64,000 nt of DNA from Scyliorhinus canicula (GCF_902713615.1 NC_052151.1:64390375-64454374); one strand, 5' to 3'; positions 1 to 16,940 are shown, counted from the first letter of the stretch. A program made the numbers and translations. Notes: a model not told the origin generated them from the letters alone.

Positions 1-386
1 TTATATTCCACAGGAAGCGACTAATCACTAGTCGCACATTGAGGTAACATTGGGGCGGTATAAAACACTGATTCTACTGTCTTGAAATTCAAGGAAAATG
101 GAGGTGTCTGAAAATAATAATCATCTTTATTGTCACAGGTAGGCTTACGTTAACACTGTTTGTTTGCACTGGAGTGCTGAACTTGGTGCATTTGAGTGCT
201 ACAGTGAGAGTTTGGTGACTGAGGGAGTTAGATGAGGAGGGAGCAAGGTGCTCCTTTCATTTCATTTCCGCAAAGAGCGTGAAGGGAGCCGGGAGTTTAC
301 AGAGAGTGCAGCTGACTGGGAGCAGAGTCGGAGGGCGGAGGTCCAGTTGGTCTACAGAAGAGCTATATTCTGTAAAGTAAGAGGGG

Positions 387-1324
387 ATGGAGGCTAGGGC
401 AGTTGCATGCTCCTCCTGTAGGATGTGGGTGGTGAGGGATACCACCGGTGTCCCCGCTGACTATACCTGCAGGAAGTGCACCCAACTCCAGCTCCTCAGA
501 GACCGTGTTAAGGAACTGGAGCTGGAGCTGGATGAACTTCGGATCATCCAGGAGGCAGAGGGGGTTATAGAGAAGAGTTACAGGGAGGTAGCCACACCCA
601 AGGACAAGAGTAGATGGGTTACAGTTAGGGGAAAGAAAACTAACAGGCAGACAGTGCAGAGATCCCTCGTGGCCGTTCCCCTTCAAAACAAGTATACCGT
701 TTTGGATGATGTTGGGGGGGGGGGGGAGGTGACCTACCGGGGGAAGGCCCTAGCTGCCAGGTCTCTGGCACTGAGTCTGGCTCTAGGGCTCAGAAGGGAA
801 GGGGGGAGAATAGAAAAGCAATCGTATTAGGAGATTCAACGGTTAGGGGAATAGATAGGAGATTCTGTGGTCGCAAGCGAGACTCCCGGAAGGTATGTTG
901 CCTCCCGGGTGCCAGGGCCAGGGATGTCTCCGATCGTGTCTTCAGGATCCTGAAGGGGGAGGGTGAGAAGCCAGAAGTCGTGGTGCACATTGGTACCAAC
1001 GACGTAGGTAGGAAAAGAGGTGTGGAGGTAATAAACAAGTTTAGGGAGTTAGGCTGGAAGTTAAAGGCCAGGACAGACAGAGTTGTCATCTCTGGTTTGT
1101 TGCTGGTGCCATGTGATAGTGAGGCTAGGAATAGGGAGAGAGTGCAGTTGAACACGTGGCTGCAGGAATGGTGTAGGAGGGAGGGCTTCAGGTATTTGGA
1201 TAATTGTAGTGCATTCTGGGGAAGGTGGGACCTGTACAAGCAGGACGGGTTGCATCTGAACCAGAGGGGCACCAATATCCTGGGAGGGAGGTTTTCTCAT
1301 AGTCTTCAGGAGGGTTTAAACTAA
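387..1324 (+). pseudogene. CR1 ORF1: CxxC..CxxC zinc finger, coiled coil, SGNH esterase domain; frameshifted near the G13 run (714-726)
   Basis: CSSC...CRKC, LELELDELR coiled coil, IVLGDS, VHIGTND, DGLHL. Confidence 0.9.
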
Positions 1325-3752
1325 TTTGGCAGGGGAATGGGAACTGGATTTGTAGTCCAGCAACTAAGGAAGCCGATATTCAGGACGCCAAAGTGTGTAG
1401 TGAAGCAGTGGGGAAGGTAACACTGACAAAGGAGAATACTTGCAGGCAAGGAGATGGGTTGAAGTGTGTATACTTCAATGCAAGAAGCATCAAGAATAAG
1501 GTGGGTGAACTTAAGGCATGGATCAGTACTTGGGACTACGATGTGGTGGCCATCACGGAAACTTGGATAGAAGAGGGGCTTATGGTTGTTGGAGTTCCCT
1601 GGTTATAGATGTTTCAATAAGGTTAGGGAGGATGGTAAAAGAGGTGGGGGTGTGGCATTGTTAATTAGAGATAGTATAGCTGCAGAAAGGCAGTTCGAAG
1701 AGGATCTGCCTACTGAGGTAGTGTGGGTTGAAGTCAGAAATAGGAAAGGAGCAGTCACCTTGTTGGGAGTTTTCTATAGCCCCCCCAATAGCAGCAGAGA
1801 TGTAGAGGAACAGATTGGAAAACAGATTTTGGAAAGGTGCAGAAGTCACAGGGTAATAGTCATGGGTGACTTCAACTTCCCAAACATTGAGTGGAAACTC
1901 TTTAGATAAAATAGTTTGGATGGGGTGGTGTTTGTGCAGTGTGTCCAGGAAGCTTTTCTAACACAGTATGTAGATTGTCTTACCAGAGGGGAGGCCATAT
2001 TGGATTTGGTACTTGGTAATGAGCCAGGCAGGTGATAGATTTGTTAGTGGGGGAGCATTTTGGAGGTAGTGACCACAATTCTGTGACTTTCACTTTAGTA
2101 ATGGAGAGGGATAGTTGCGTGCGACAGGGCAAGGTTTACAATTGGGGGAAGGGTAAATACAATGCTGTCAGACAAGAATTGAAGTGCATAAGTTGGGAAC
2201 ATAGGCTGTCAGGGAAGGACACAAGTGAAATGTGGAACTTGTTCAAGGAACAGGTACTGCGTGCCTTTGATATGTATGTCCCTGTCAGGCAGGGAAGAGA
2301 TGGTCGAGTGAGGGAACCATGGTTGACAAGAGAGGTTGAATGTCTTGTTAAGAGGAAGAAGGAGACTTATGTAAGGCTGAGGAAACAAGGTTCAGACAGG
2401 GCGCTGGAGGGATACAAGATAGCCAGGAGGGAACTGAAGAAGGGGATTAGGAGAGCTAAGAGAGTGCATGAAAAATCTTTGGCGGGAGGGATCAAGGAAA
2501 ACCCCAAGGCCTTTTACACATATGTGGGAAATATGAGAATGACTAGAGCGAGGGTAGATCCGATCAAGGACAGTAGTGGGAGATTGTGTATTGAGTCTGA
2601 AGAGATAGGAGAGGTCTTGAACGAGTACTTTTCTTCAGTATTTACAAACGAGAGGGGCCATATTGTTGGAGAGGACAGTATGAAACAGACTGGTAAGCTC
2701 GAGGAGATACTTTTTAGGAAGGAAGATGTGTTGGGCGTTTTGAAAAACTTGAGGATAGACAAGTCCCCCGGGCCTGACGGGATATATCCAAGGATTCTAT
2801 GGGAAGCAAGAAATGAAATTGCAGAGCCGTTGGCAATAATCTTTTCGTCCTCACTGACAACAGGGGGGGGTACCAGGGATTGGAGAGTGGCAAATGGCGT
2901 GTCCCTGTTCAAAAAAGGGAATAGGGATAACCCTGGGAATTACAGGCCAGTTAGTCTTACTTCGGTGGAAGGCAAAGTAATGGAAAGAGTACTGAGGGAT
3001 AGGATTTCTGAGCATCTGGAAAAGCATTGCTTGATTAGGGATAGTCAGCACGGATTTGTGAGGGGTAGGTCTTGCCTTACAAGTCTTATTGACTTATTTG
3101 AGGAGGTGACCAAGCATGTGGATGAAAGTAAAGCAGTGGATGTGGTGAACATGGATTTTACATGGAACATTTGATAAGGTTCCCCATGATAGGCTTATGC
3201 AGAAAGTAAGGAGGCATGAGATAGTGGGATATTTGGCCAGTTGGATAACAAACTGGCTAACCGATAGAAGACAGAGAGTGGTGGTGGTTGGCAAATATTC
3301 AGCCTGGAGCCCAGTTACCAGTGGCGTACCGCAGGGATCAGTTCTGGGTCCTCTGCTGTTTGTGATTTTCATTAATGACTTGGATGAGGGAGTTGAAGGG
3401 TGGGTCAGTAAATTTGCAGATGATACGAAGATTGGTGGAATTGTGGACAGTGAGGAGGGCTGTTGTCGGCTGCAAAGAGGCATAGATAGGATGCAGAGCT
3501 GGGCTGAGCAGTGGTAGATGGAGTTTAACCCAGACAAGTGTGAGGTTGTCCATTTTGGAAGGACAAATCTGAATGCGGAATACAGGGTTAACGGTAGGGT
3601 TCTTGGCAATGTAGAGGAACAGAGAGACATTGGGGTCGATGTTCATAGATCTTTAAAAGTTGCCACTCAAGTGGATAGAGCTGTGAAGAAGGCCTATGGT
3701 GTGCTAGCGTTCATTAGCAGAGAGATTGAGTTTAAGAGCCGTGAGGTGATGA

Positions 3753-3886
3753 TAGATAGATAGAGAAATACAGCACAGAACAGGCCCTTCGGCCCACGAT
3801 GTTGCGCCGAACTTTTGTCCTTGGTTAATCATAGAATTTTGGACAATTTTTCATGGCCAATCCACCCAACCTGCACATCTTTGGAC
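3753..3886 (-). mobile_element. 5'-truncated copy of the SINE/CR1 chimeric tail inserted into CR1 ORF2
   Basis: Reverse complement is near-identical to 4532-4666; ends in (CTAT)n. Confidence 0.9.
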
Positions 3887-4380
3887 AAAGATGCAGCTGT
3901 ACGAAACCTTGGTAAGGCCACAATTGGAGTACTGTGTGCAGTTCTGTTCACCTCATTTTAGGAAGGATGTGGAAGCTTTGGAAAAGGTGCAAAGGAGATT
4001 TACCAGGATGTTGCCTGGAATGGAGAGTAGGTCTTACGAGGAAAGGTTGAGGGTGCTAGGCCTTTTCTCATTAGAACGGAGAAGGATGAGGTGCGACTTG
4101 ATAGAGGTTTATAAGATGATCAGGGAATAGATAGAGTAGACAGTCAGAGACTTTTTCCCTGGGTGGAACAAACCATTACAAGGGGACATAAATTTAAGGT
4201 AAATGGTGGAAGATATAGGGGGGATGTCAGAGGTAGGTTCTTTACCCAGTGAGTAGTGGGGCATGGAATGCACTGCCTGGGGAAGTAGTTGAGTCGGAAA
4301 TGTTAGGGACCTTCAAACGGCTATTGGATAGGTACATGGATTATGGTAGAATAATGGAGTGTAGATGAATTTGTTCTTAA

Positions 4381-4666
4381 GGGCAGCACGGTAGCATTGT
4401 GGATAGCACAATTGCCTCACAGCTCCAGGGTCCCAGGTTCGATTTCGGCTTGGGTCACTGTCTGTGTGGAGCCTGCACATCTTCCCTGTGTGTGCGTTGG
4501 TTTCCTCTGGGTGCTCCGGTTTCCTCCCACAGTCCAAAGATGTGCAGGTTGGGTGGATTGGCCATGATAAATTGCCCTTAGTGTCCAAAATTCTATGATT
4601 AACCTAGGACAAAAGTTCGGCACAACATGGTGGGCCGAAGGGCCTGTTCTGTGCTGTATTTCTCTA
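4381..4666 (+). mobile_element. tRNA-derived SINE (HE1/V-SINE-like) head and body fused to the CR1 tail
   Basis: GGGCAGCACGGTAGC head, B-box GGTTCGATT, GGGTGCTCCGGTTTCCTCCCAC core. Confidence 0.9.
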
Positions 4667-4928
4667 TAACACTGCAATGAAGTTATTGTGAAAAGCCCCC
4701 GGTCACCACATTCCAATGCCTGTTCGGGTACACAGAGGGAGAATTCAGAATGTCTAAATTACCTAACAGAACGTCTTTCGGGACATGTGGGAGGTAACCG
4801 GAGCACCTGGAGGAAACCCACACAAACACAGGAAGAACGTGCAGACTCCAAACAGACAGTGACCCAAGCCGGTAATCGAACCTGGTGCGTGAAGCAACAG
4901 TGCTCACCGCTGTGCTACCATGCTGCCC
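4667..4928 (-). mobile_element. SINE split by the CR1 insertion; its tail lies at 111-158
   Basis: 111-158 joined to 4675-4928 is colinear with the intact copy at 61308-61615. Confidence 0.85.
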
Positions 4929-5099
4929 AATTTGGACATTTAGCAGACTCTTTTACTGACCTATGACAAAAGTGTGAATTTGTTGTCCAGTTAACTTGTT
5001 ATTGACTGTCGCTAATGCAAGAATGCTTTGGCATTAAAATTTTAAACAGTGGTGCATTGTTTTTCAACTTAGATCCAAAACTTGGGAGCAATATATTTT

Positions 5100-6134
5100 T
5101 TAAATAGTCGCACATTTATTGCAAACTCAATCTTATTTCAGGAATGTGTACATTTCAAAACAAATTAAAATTATAATCTATTGTACAGAAAAAAAATTTA
5201 CATTACTGGCAATGTCTTAAATATACACATTAAAACTAGTGCAGCAACAGATCACAACATACAGATATCTTTACATATGCACAGCTGAAATGAGACGACC
5301 ATTAAAATCTGGAATGTAGTAGAAACAAAAACAAAGTTATTTTATACGTATGGGATTACTAGCACATAGAAGCCAGTTGGTAGTTTTAAGACAGACTCCA
5401 CAATGGGGCATTTTGGTCCTAGAAACAAAATTTATAGTTCTACCTATAGCAGCAATGCTTCAAGCATATTGTAGTGAACTATTTTAGAGGTTAATTATGT
5501 GTGTGTGTGTGTGTGTGCACACACATTTGTGTATGGAGCAGATGGGTTAAATTATACAGAGATGGTTTGGCGACATTTCATCTCATGTGATGAATATCTG
5601 TCACAGTGTAGTGTCCTGCTGTGACGATCAAAAACTCTCGAGTCAATATTTAAACCACAGAGCAATCATCAAGTCCAGTGGCCAAGATTAAACACACTTG
5701 TACTATTGTTCTCTTTCTATCTGTTGCGTCACAATTCTTGAATGTGGCCACTCCAGTGCCTGCAACCTGGTTGATAGCAGAAGGCACGTGTAGCTGAAAG
5801 AACAGTCTTCAGACAATCGCCATCTTCTAGTCAGGTTTAAATAGCAGTTCTTCAAATGGTGGGTGGATGACAAAAAAGTTCTTTCTCTGTCCCTTTGATT
5901 AATGGACTTTCTTCTGGCGTGCAGCAGCGTAGCGCCATGGCTGCCGTCTCCCAGACTCACTGAGCAACATATGCTCCTCGAACACTTCAGCAACCCCTCA
6001 GAAATGGAATCGAAGGCCAGGCAGCTGCCAATGAGATGTATATTTTTCCTTCCAGCCAAGTCCCATTTCTTGGTAAACCGAACGTAGAGCTCAGTTAAGG
6101 TAAACCCGATGAGACAATTCAGTTTAATGATTCA
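5100..6134 (-). other. SGK1: SGK1 3' UTR (~1 kb, AU-rich, TE-free) with a (TG)10 tract at 5498-5517
   Basis: Runs from the stop codon to AATAAA at 5120-5115; the 3' end is approximate. Confidence 0.75.
5115..5120 (-). terminator. Polyadenylation signal AATAAA of SGK1
   Basis: TTTATT on the + strand, in GTTTGCAATAAA context, ~1 kb after the stop. Confidence 0.75.
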
Positions 6135-11593
<5,459 letters not shown>

Positions 11594-11689
11594 GGCTAAA
11601 AGGCTGATCACTTTGTCTGTTCCTGTATTATCCTTGTACGATCCGTGCCCAGTTAGAGATTGCAAAAAGCACAGAGCGCCCTCTCGCCT

Positions 11690-11780
11690 GTATATATATA
11701 CACACAGGGAGAGAGGAGATTGGGGGCGGTGGTATGTGAGCTATGTGCTCCTGCCGGGCGGTTCTGACCTCCCTGAGTCA
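11690..11780 (-). promoter_or_regulatory. SGK1 proximal promoter: TATA (11691-11700), CCAAT (11719-11723), GC box (11723-11729), AP-1 TGAGTCA (11774-11780)
   Basis: Motifs read directly, ~100-190 nt upstream of the exon 1 ATG in CpG-rich sequence. Confidence 0.7.
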
Positions 11781-11795
11781 GCCTGTCACTCTCAC

Positions 11796-11892
11796 CCTGG
11801 GCTTCCTCCCGGAACGCCAGCGTCACACTGAGCAGTGAACTGGCGCTCTGTGCTTTCTCCGAGAGCACATTCATTCCCACCTGCTCCCCCAT
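11796..11892 (-). CDS. SGK1: Candidate alternative first coding exon of SGK1, MGEQVGMNVLSEKAQSASSLLSVTLAFREEAQ(A)
   Basis: 97 nt, CAGG|GTGAGA donor, phase 1. Confidence 0.3.
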
Positions 11893-11987
11893 CAGATCAC
11901 CTCGCAGGGTCCACACGGGGAGACAAATCCCTTTTGTTTGCTCAGAACAGCTCCGGGTAACTGAGTGGCGTTTGCATACTTGGCCGT

Positions 11988-12157
11988 AGAATTCCCAGAG
12001 TGCAGAAGGCGGCCATTCGGCCCGTCGGAGTCTGCACCGACCCTCTGAAAGAGAACCCCACTTAGACCCACTCCCCTGCCCCATCCCCTTAACCCCACCT
12101 GATCTTTAGGGGCAATTTAGCATGGCTACTCCACTTAACCAGCACATCTTTGGACTG
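11988..12157 (-). mobile_element. SINE 3' fragment upstream of the SGK1 promoter
   Basis: GTGCAGAAGG.GGCCATTCGGCCC tail and GGGGCAATTTAGCATGGC. Confidence 0.8.
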
Positions 12158-12873
12158 TAGATACATGGGAGTTGTTCAACTGCATTTAGCCACAGAATCA
12201 AACTTTGCTGTATTTGTTTTGTTGTTGTTGCAACTTCCGTTATCATACAAAAGTTCAGGAGATCAGTTCAGTTTCAGCAGGATTAAGGCAAGCTGTCTTC
12301 TGTGGGGTGGGGGGTGGGGGGGATGTGTCATCAGCCGAGCAGTCATGTTGGAGGAATGCTCAATTTCACAATTGGGAAACGATTCCTCACTGCTAATACA
12401 AGCGGTTAGTGATTTTCCAGCCAGTAAAATGCCAGTTTCTGGCTGATTCCTTTCTGTGTGTGGGGGCTGGAATTGCAGTGTGAACTAAATGACTCGCACA
12501 ATTACATTGAAATGACCACTGGAGTCACTGATAACATAAACATTATCACAGTCAGATCTGTGAAAAGTTGGCTGTGCAGAGGGGAGAAACTTTGTCACTC
12601 CGGTCTCCGAAATGGGTTGCGTTTAAGAGTTAAGCGGCCAGATGCAATAAAAAGATCAACTCAGCCTGTGAATTACTTGCAAATCACACATTCCCAGCAA
12701 ATATTTATTTCCACAACATTTAGTCCGCCCTCCCTCCATCACCCCCTCGCTGATTTTCGACGTGGCAATCTGGACCCACCAGGGTCTCTCCTCCCGGGAG
12801 CTGAATCCACCACAAAGCGGCTCCTTCATCCTCAGGAAGCACAGCCGGGATCGGATCCCAAAGTGTGGATGTG

Positions 12874-13058
12874 CCCCCCGGGCACAGAGCAAACTGCTGG
12901 GTTCCCCCCGGGCACAGAGCAAACTGCTGGGTTCCCCCCGGGCACAGAGCAAACTGCTGGGTTCCCCCCGGGCACAGAGCAAACTGCTGGGTTCCCCCCG
13001 GGCACAGAGCAAACTGCTGGGTTCCCCCCGGGCACAGAGCAAACTGCTGGGTTCCCCC
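12874..13058. repeat. Minisatellite, 6 perfect copies of 30-bp CCCCCCGGGCACAGAGCAAACTGCTGGGTT
   Basis: Units start at 12874, 12904, 12934, 12964, 12994 and 13024. Confidence 0.98.
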
Positions 13059-13173
13059 TCCCCCTCAAAGCCAGCCCTTCTTCCCCACCGTCACCAACAC
13101 CAAGGATTGCCCCTGCCAGTCCCGGTTACATAGTACAGCGGTCAACTCACCCCAACACGGAAATACATCTAAC

Positions 13174-13207
13174 CTGTGAAAGAAATCTTCTCCGTTAAAG
13201 TTTTCAT
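13174..13207 (-). CDS. SGK1: Candidate alternative first coding exon of SGK1, MKTLTEKISFT(A)
   Basis: ATG + 11 codons + 1 nt, CAG|GTTAGA donor, phase 1 compatible with exon 2; TATATATTAAA ~75 nt upstream. Confidence 0.6.
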
Positions 13208-14219
13208 AGTCGCCAGCGCTTTGTCAAAGTTTGTGGAGCGAGCCCACACTATCCACTGAACTCGCTGGCAGAAAGAGCTTTAATATATAGGCGAGGTGCC
13301 TTTAATTAAACAATTTACATAGATAACTTATCACTGAGCGTCGGTTATAAATTCCACAACGTAAATGGGCCGATTGCTTTACTAATGATTAAAAGAACTC
13401 CAATGATGATATGCACTTGATCTCCACTTGGTAATTACATTTCTTTAAAGCAAAAAAAAATCCTGTTTCATTTAAGCTAACGGTTGTTGTTGGCAGCCCC
13501 TTGCTAACATGTCTAGCTTTATTTGACTTTTTGAGGAGGAAGTGGACGAACAGTGATTGAGGTGTGTGTGCGCGCCACTGTGGTGACTGTGGTGTCAGCA
13601 GTCACCACAGACAGCAGCTTCTGCTGGCGCCTGAGATGTCTCCCCTTCCAGGACTCGGGGCACCGAAGCGATTGCGTGGAAGGGACTTGTTGAGACTGCT
13701 TCCAAAGGGACCGGATACCTCCAGGGCGGAGGAGGCGCCCCTTGCTAATTCCTCACATCCACCACAGGTTTCCTTCAAGGAAGACAGTCGCCCACAAGTG
13801 GGGCTGGTTCAGAGAACCAATTTGTTAAACTGCAGTTATCTTGTCTTCTTGTGCCTCTCCAGTGTCCGGTGTCAGGGCTCCACATTTTGTAAACGATTAC
13901 AGATTTTTTGTTTTGTTGCCATTAAGTATTCGACGCAAAGAACTTGGAATATGCGCGTTGGTTCTTTATTGTGCCCGAGAGGTTAATCAAAGGAAATACT
14001 TGTATCTGCCATGTAGCAGTGAAATAGTTCCCTGATAAATGAGATTCATCATCCCGTGAACATCATCATTTATAGTGGTCCTTACCCCTAACATGAAATA
14101 AAGTCGTCACATAAATTAAACATATATTTACAAAATAAAGAGATACCAAAAAAACATTTAGATCATCTGAGCTTTGCAGACACCAGGAGTATGTGCAGAT
14201 TTCACACATGCAAATGAAC

Positions 14220-14545
14220 CATAGAATAGAATTCCTACAGTGCAGAAGGAGGTCATTTGGCCCATCACGTCTGAGAGCATCCTACCCAGGCCCACACCCC
14301 GCCCTATCCCGGCAACCCCACCTAACCTGCACATCTTTGGACACAAAAGGGAAATTTAGCATGGTCAATCCACCTAACCTGCATTTCTTTGAGCTGTGGG
14401 AGGAAACCGGAGCAACCGGAGGAAACCCACGCAGGCATGGAGAGAAAGTTCAAACTCCGCACAGACAGTGGCCCGAGGCTGGAATTGAACTCGGGTCTCT
14501 GGCATCGTGAGGCAGATGTGCTAATTATTGTGACACCATGCCACC
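14220..14545 (-). mobile_element. HE1-like SINE; similar copies at ~16351-16682(-), 18620-18925(-), 22288-22612(+), 27018-27349(-), 33448-33780(-), 43026-43365(+), 44208-44567(-), 55039-55358(-), 63820-64000(+)
   Basis: Shared core GGAGGAAACCGGAGCACCCGGAGGAAACCCACGCA (reverse complement) and CR1-like tails. Confidence 0.9.
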
Positions 14546-16940
14546 CACGGAAACAGCATAATAATAAGTATAAATCATTTAGGTTTGAGTTCTGGATTTG
14601 TAATATGATTTGAATCATTGTGCTTGGCTGCTAGATTATCTTGTAATCACTGCTTTCTGTCCAGAAGACCTCTAGACTGGATTAGCTGGTGTGATTCTAT
14701 AGGGGGAGTGAGAGAGCAAGGAAACCGCTGCACAGGCCACCTTCATTCCATTTTCAGCAGGTTTTATTGTCAGCCATTCATGTCCCTCAGTGACAGCCAC
14801 AATGACATTTTTTTTAATGAACTTCATGCTTTTTTACATTGCAACTTGTATTACATTGATATGTTTCATTGTGCTGTGTTTTACAAATAAATTATAAACC
14901 CTGGTTCCTTTATTCGATTAAAACAAAACGCTGCCTGAAAGTGGTTCAACAGTAATCTCATTCAGATGATTCAGTTAGCTAAAGCTTCCCTGATGGATTT
15001 CGCTGGTAACTGTATTTTCTGGTGTGGTAAAGAAAAATCAAGGTAGCATCAGCAACAAGTGAGACGAGTGATCAGATAATCAGCTTTTTTCGTCATTGTT
15101 TTTTGGGATGTGGACATATCACTGGCAGGGTCTGCATTGGTTGCCCATCCCTTATTGCTCCAGAACTGAGTGGCTTGCCGTTTCAGAGTCAAATCATTTT
15201 ACTGTTGGTCTGGAGTCACATGTAGGCCAGATCAGGTAAAGACGGCAGATTTCCTTCCCTAAAGGACATGAGCGAATGAGATGGGGTTTTACTGCAATGG
15301 TTTCATAGTCACCATCACTGAGACACATATTTTTATATTCCAGATTTCTTAATTAAATTTAAATTCCACCAGCTCCGCCACGATAGGATCTGAGCCTGTG
15401 TCCCAAGATTGGTAGTCTCAGCCCCTGGGTACTAGTCCACTCACATTACTGCTATATCACCATTTCCCCTTAATGATGTCGAGTGAGGGGAAAATATGGG
15501 TCAGGGCATCAGGGAAAGCATTTTGCTCTCTTTTTAAATAGTGCTATGGAATTAGTCTATATCCTGTACTTAAATCTACGTTGAGCTTAAATTCATAAGC
15601 TCTAGCTCAGAGGCAAGAATACTACCAACAAAATCAAGCCGGCACTTCATATTCTGAACCATTTATACTAGAAGGATCTAGCTTCATGCTGATTTAGCCA
15701 AACTCAGTTGGAGCGTTAGTGTGCATGCTGGAGCATCCTTGTGCTAAGAAGGGGAAAGCAGCCTGGATATAATCATTACCCTGAGACATCTTGTGGGAGG
15801 TGAATGCATATGGATTTTGAGTGGGAACAGAATCAAGTTTGATGAGGGTGACTCCAAATGCTCATTTTTCAGGCTATGGGTGAGCTCTCCGACACCAAGA
15901 ACTTCACCCCAACACCGATCACCATTATAATATCAGGAGAAAAGAAAGCAAGAGGAGACTTTTAGAGAGAAGCCTGAAGAGAAAAACTAATCCCTGAAGC
16001 CCAAATGAAATTATAGCGTTGATATGACTCATGTCAGATAATCTTTTACAATATGTACTGTAGAGTCTGTGCTGATGGTCCTTTTTATGTCAGCACTGAG
16101 TGTTAGGGACACATACAATCAGTCCATTCCATTAAGTTAAGATGATAGGGAAGGGCCTTCTAAAAATTGCTGCCACTTTTCACCAAATTGTGGAACACCC
16201 AAGAAAATATTAAACAAGATTTTCAGAATGATAAAATGTAATTTTACCCAATAAACTCTTATGATTGGCCTTATCCAAGGGACAAGTTTAGCAAAGAGTA
16301 AATTAAGATTAATTTCCAGAAAATAACATAATAGTTATCTTTCTAATAACCACAGAATCCCTGCAGTGCAGAATGAGGCCATTCGGCCCATCAAGTCTTC
16401 ACCGACCCTCTGAAATAGCACCCTACCTAGGCCCACACCCCTACTCTATCCCCATAACCACACCTAACCTACACATCTTTGGACTGAAAGGGCAATTTTA
16501 GTATGGCCAAACCACCTAATCTGCACAAGTTTGGACTGTGGAAGGAAACCGGAGCACCCAGCGGAAACCCACGCAGGCACGGGGAGAAAGTACAAACTCC
16601 ACATAGACAGTCACCCAAAGCTGGAATTGAACTAGGGTCCCTGACGCTGTGAGGCAGCAGTGCTAACCACTGTGCCACCCACATTTTATGGATTTTTCAT
16701 TATCATCAAAACCCTGAGCAGTGAGTTTGACCTTAATGTTTTCATCCCAATTGGGATTGTTTAAGTATGTCTCTCTCATTTTTGATTGTATTATTTTGGT
16801 TAGCTTCTACTTTTGTTATTTATCAACAAAGCCTGTAAAATCTCCCTCTCTGATTTCAGTTCTCTCCCATCACATTCTGGCAAATGAATTTCTTCGAAAG
16901 ACCATTGACGGTTCCTCGTGACAATTCCTCACGTGCTCTC

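Larger units (their letters stand above)
159..4666 (+). mobile_element. Near full-length CR1-clade LINE (degenerate) with a SINE-containing 3' UTR; TSD TAACACTG
   Basis: ORF1 387-1324; ORF2 ~1325-4350 with APE endonuclease (YFNARS, VAITET, MGDFN, SDH) and RT ([28 protein letters not shown]); stops and frameshifts present; TSD at 151-158 and 4667-4674. Confidence 0.95.

Noticed and set aside
714-726. Programmed frameshift in CR1 ORF1
   Set aside because: A G13 homopolymer; slippage or sequencing error is the simpler explanation
2032-3174. 380-aa ORF as an intact gene
   Set aside because: A fragment of CR1 ORF2 bounded by stops and frameshifts; not autonomous as assembled
4381-4460. tRNA genes at SINE heads (here and at the other copies)
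   Set aside because: Only A/B-box-like remnants continuing into SINE cores; no full cloverleaf
12874-13058. CRISPR-like array
   Set aside because: Head-to-tail identical units with no spacers, no cas genes, and a vertebrate context
12458-13198. 246-aa ORF (and overlapping ORFs) with PPGTEQTAGF repeats
   Set aside because: It stays open because a stop-free 30-bp minisatellite reads through in several frames; it is antisense within the SGK1 promoter region with no recognisable domain
11700-14000. Canonical glucocorticoid response element near the SGK1 promoter
   Set aside because: By eye I found only half-sites, no full GnACAnnnTGTnC; a PWM scan is needed
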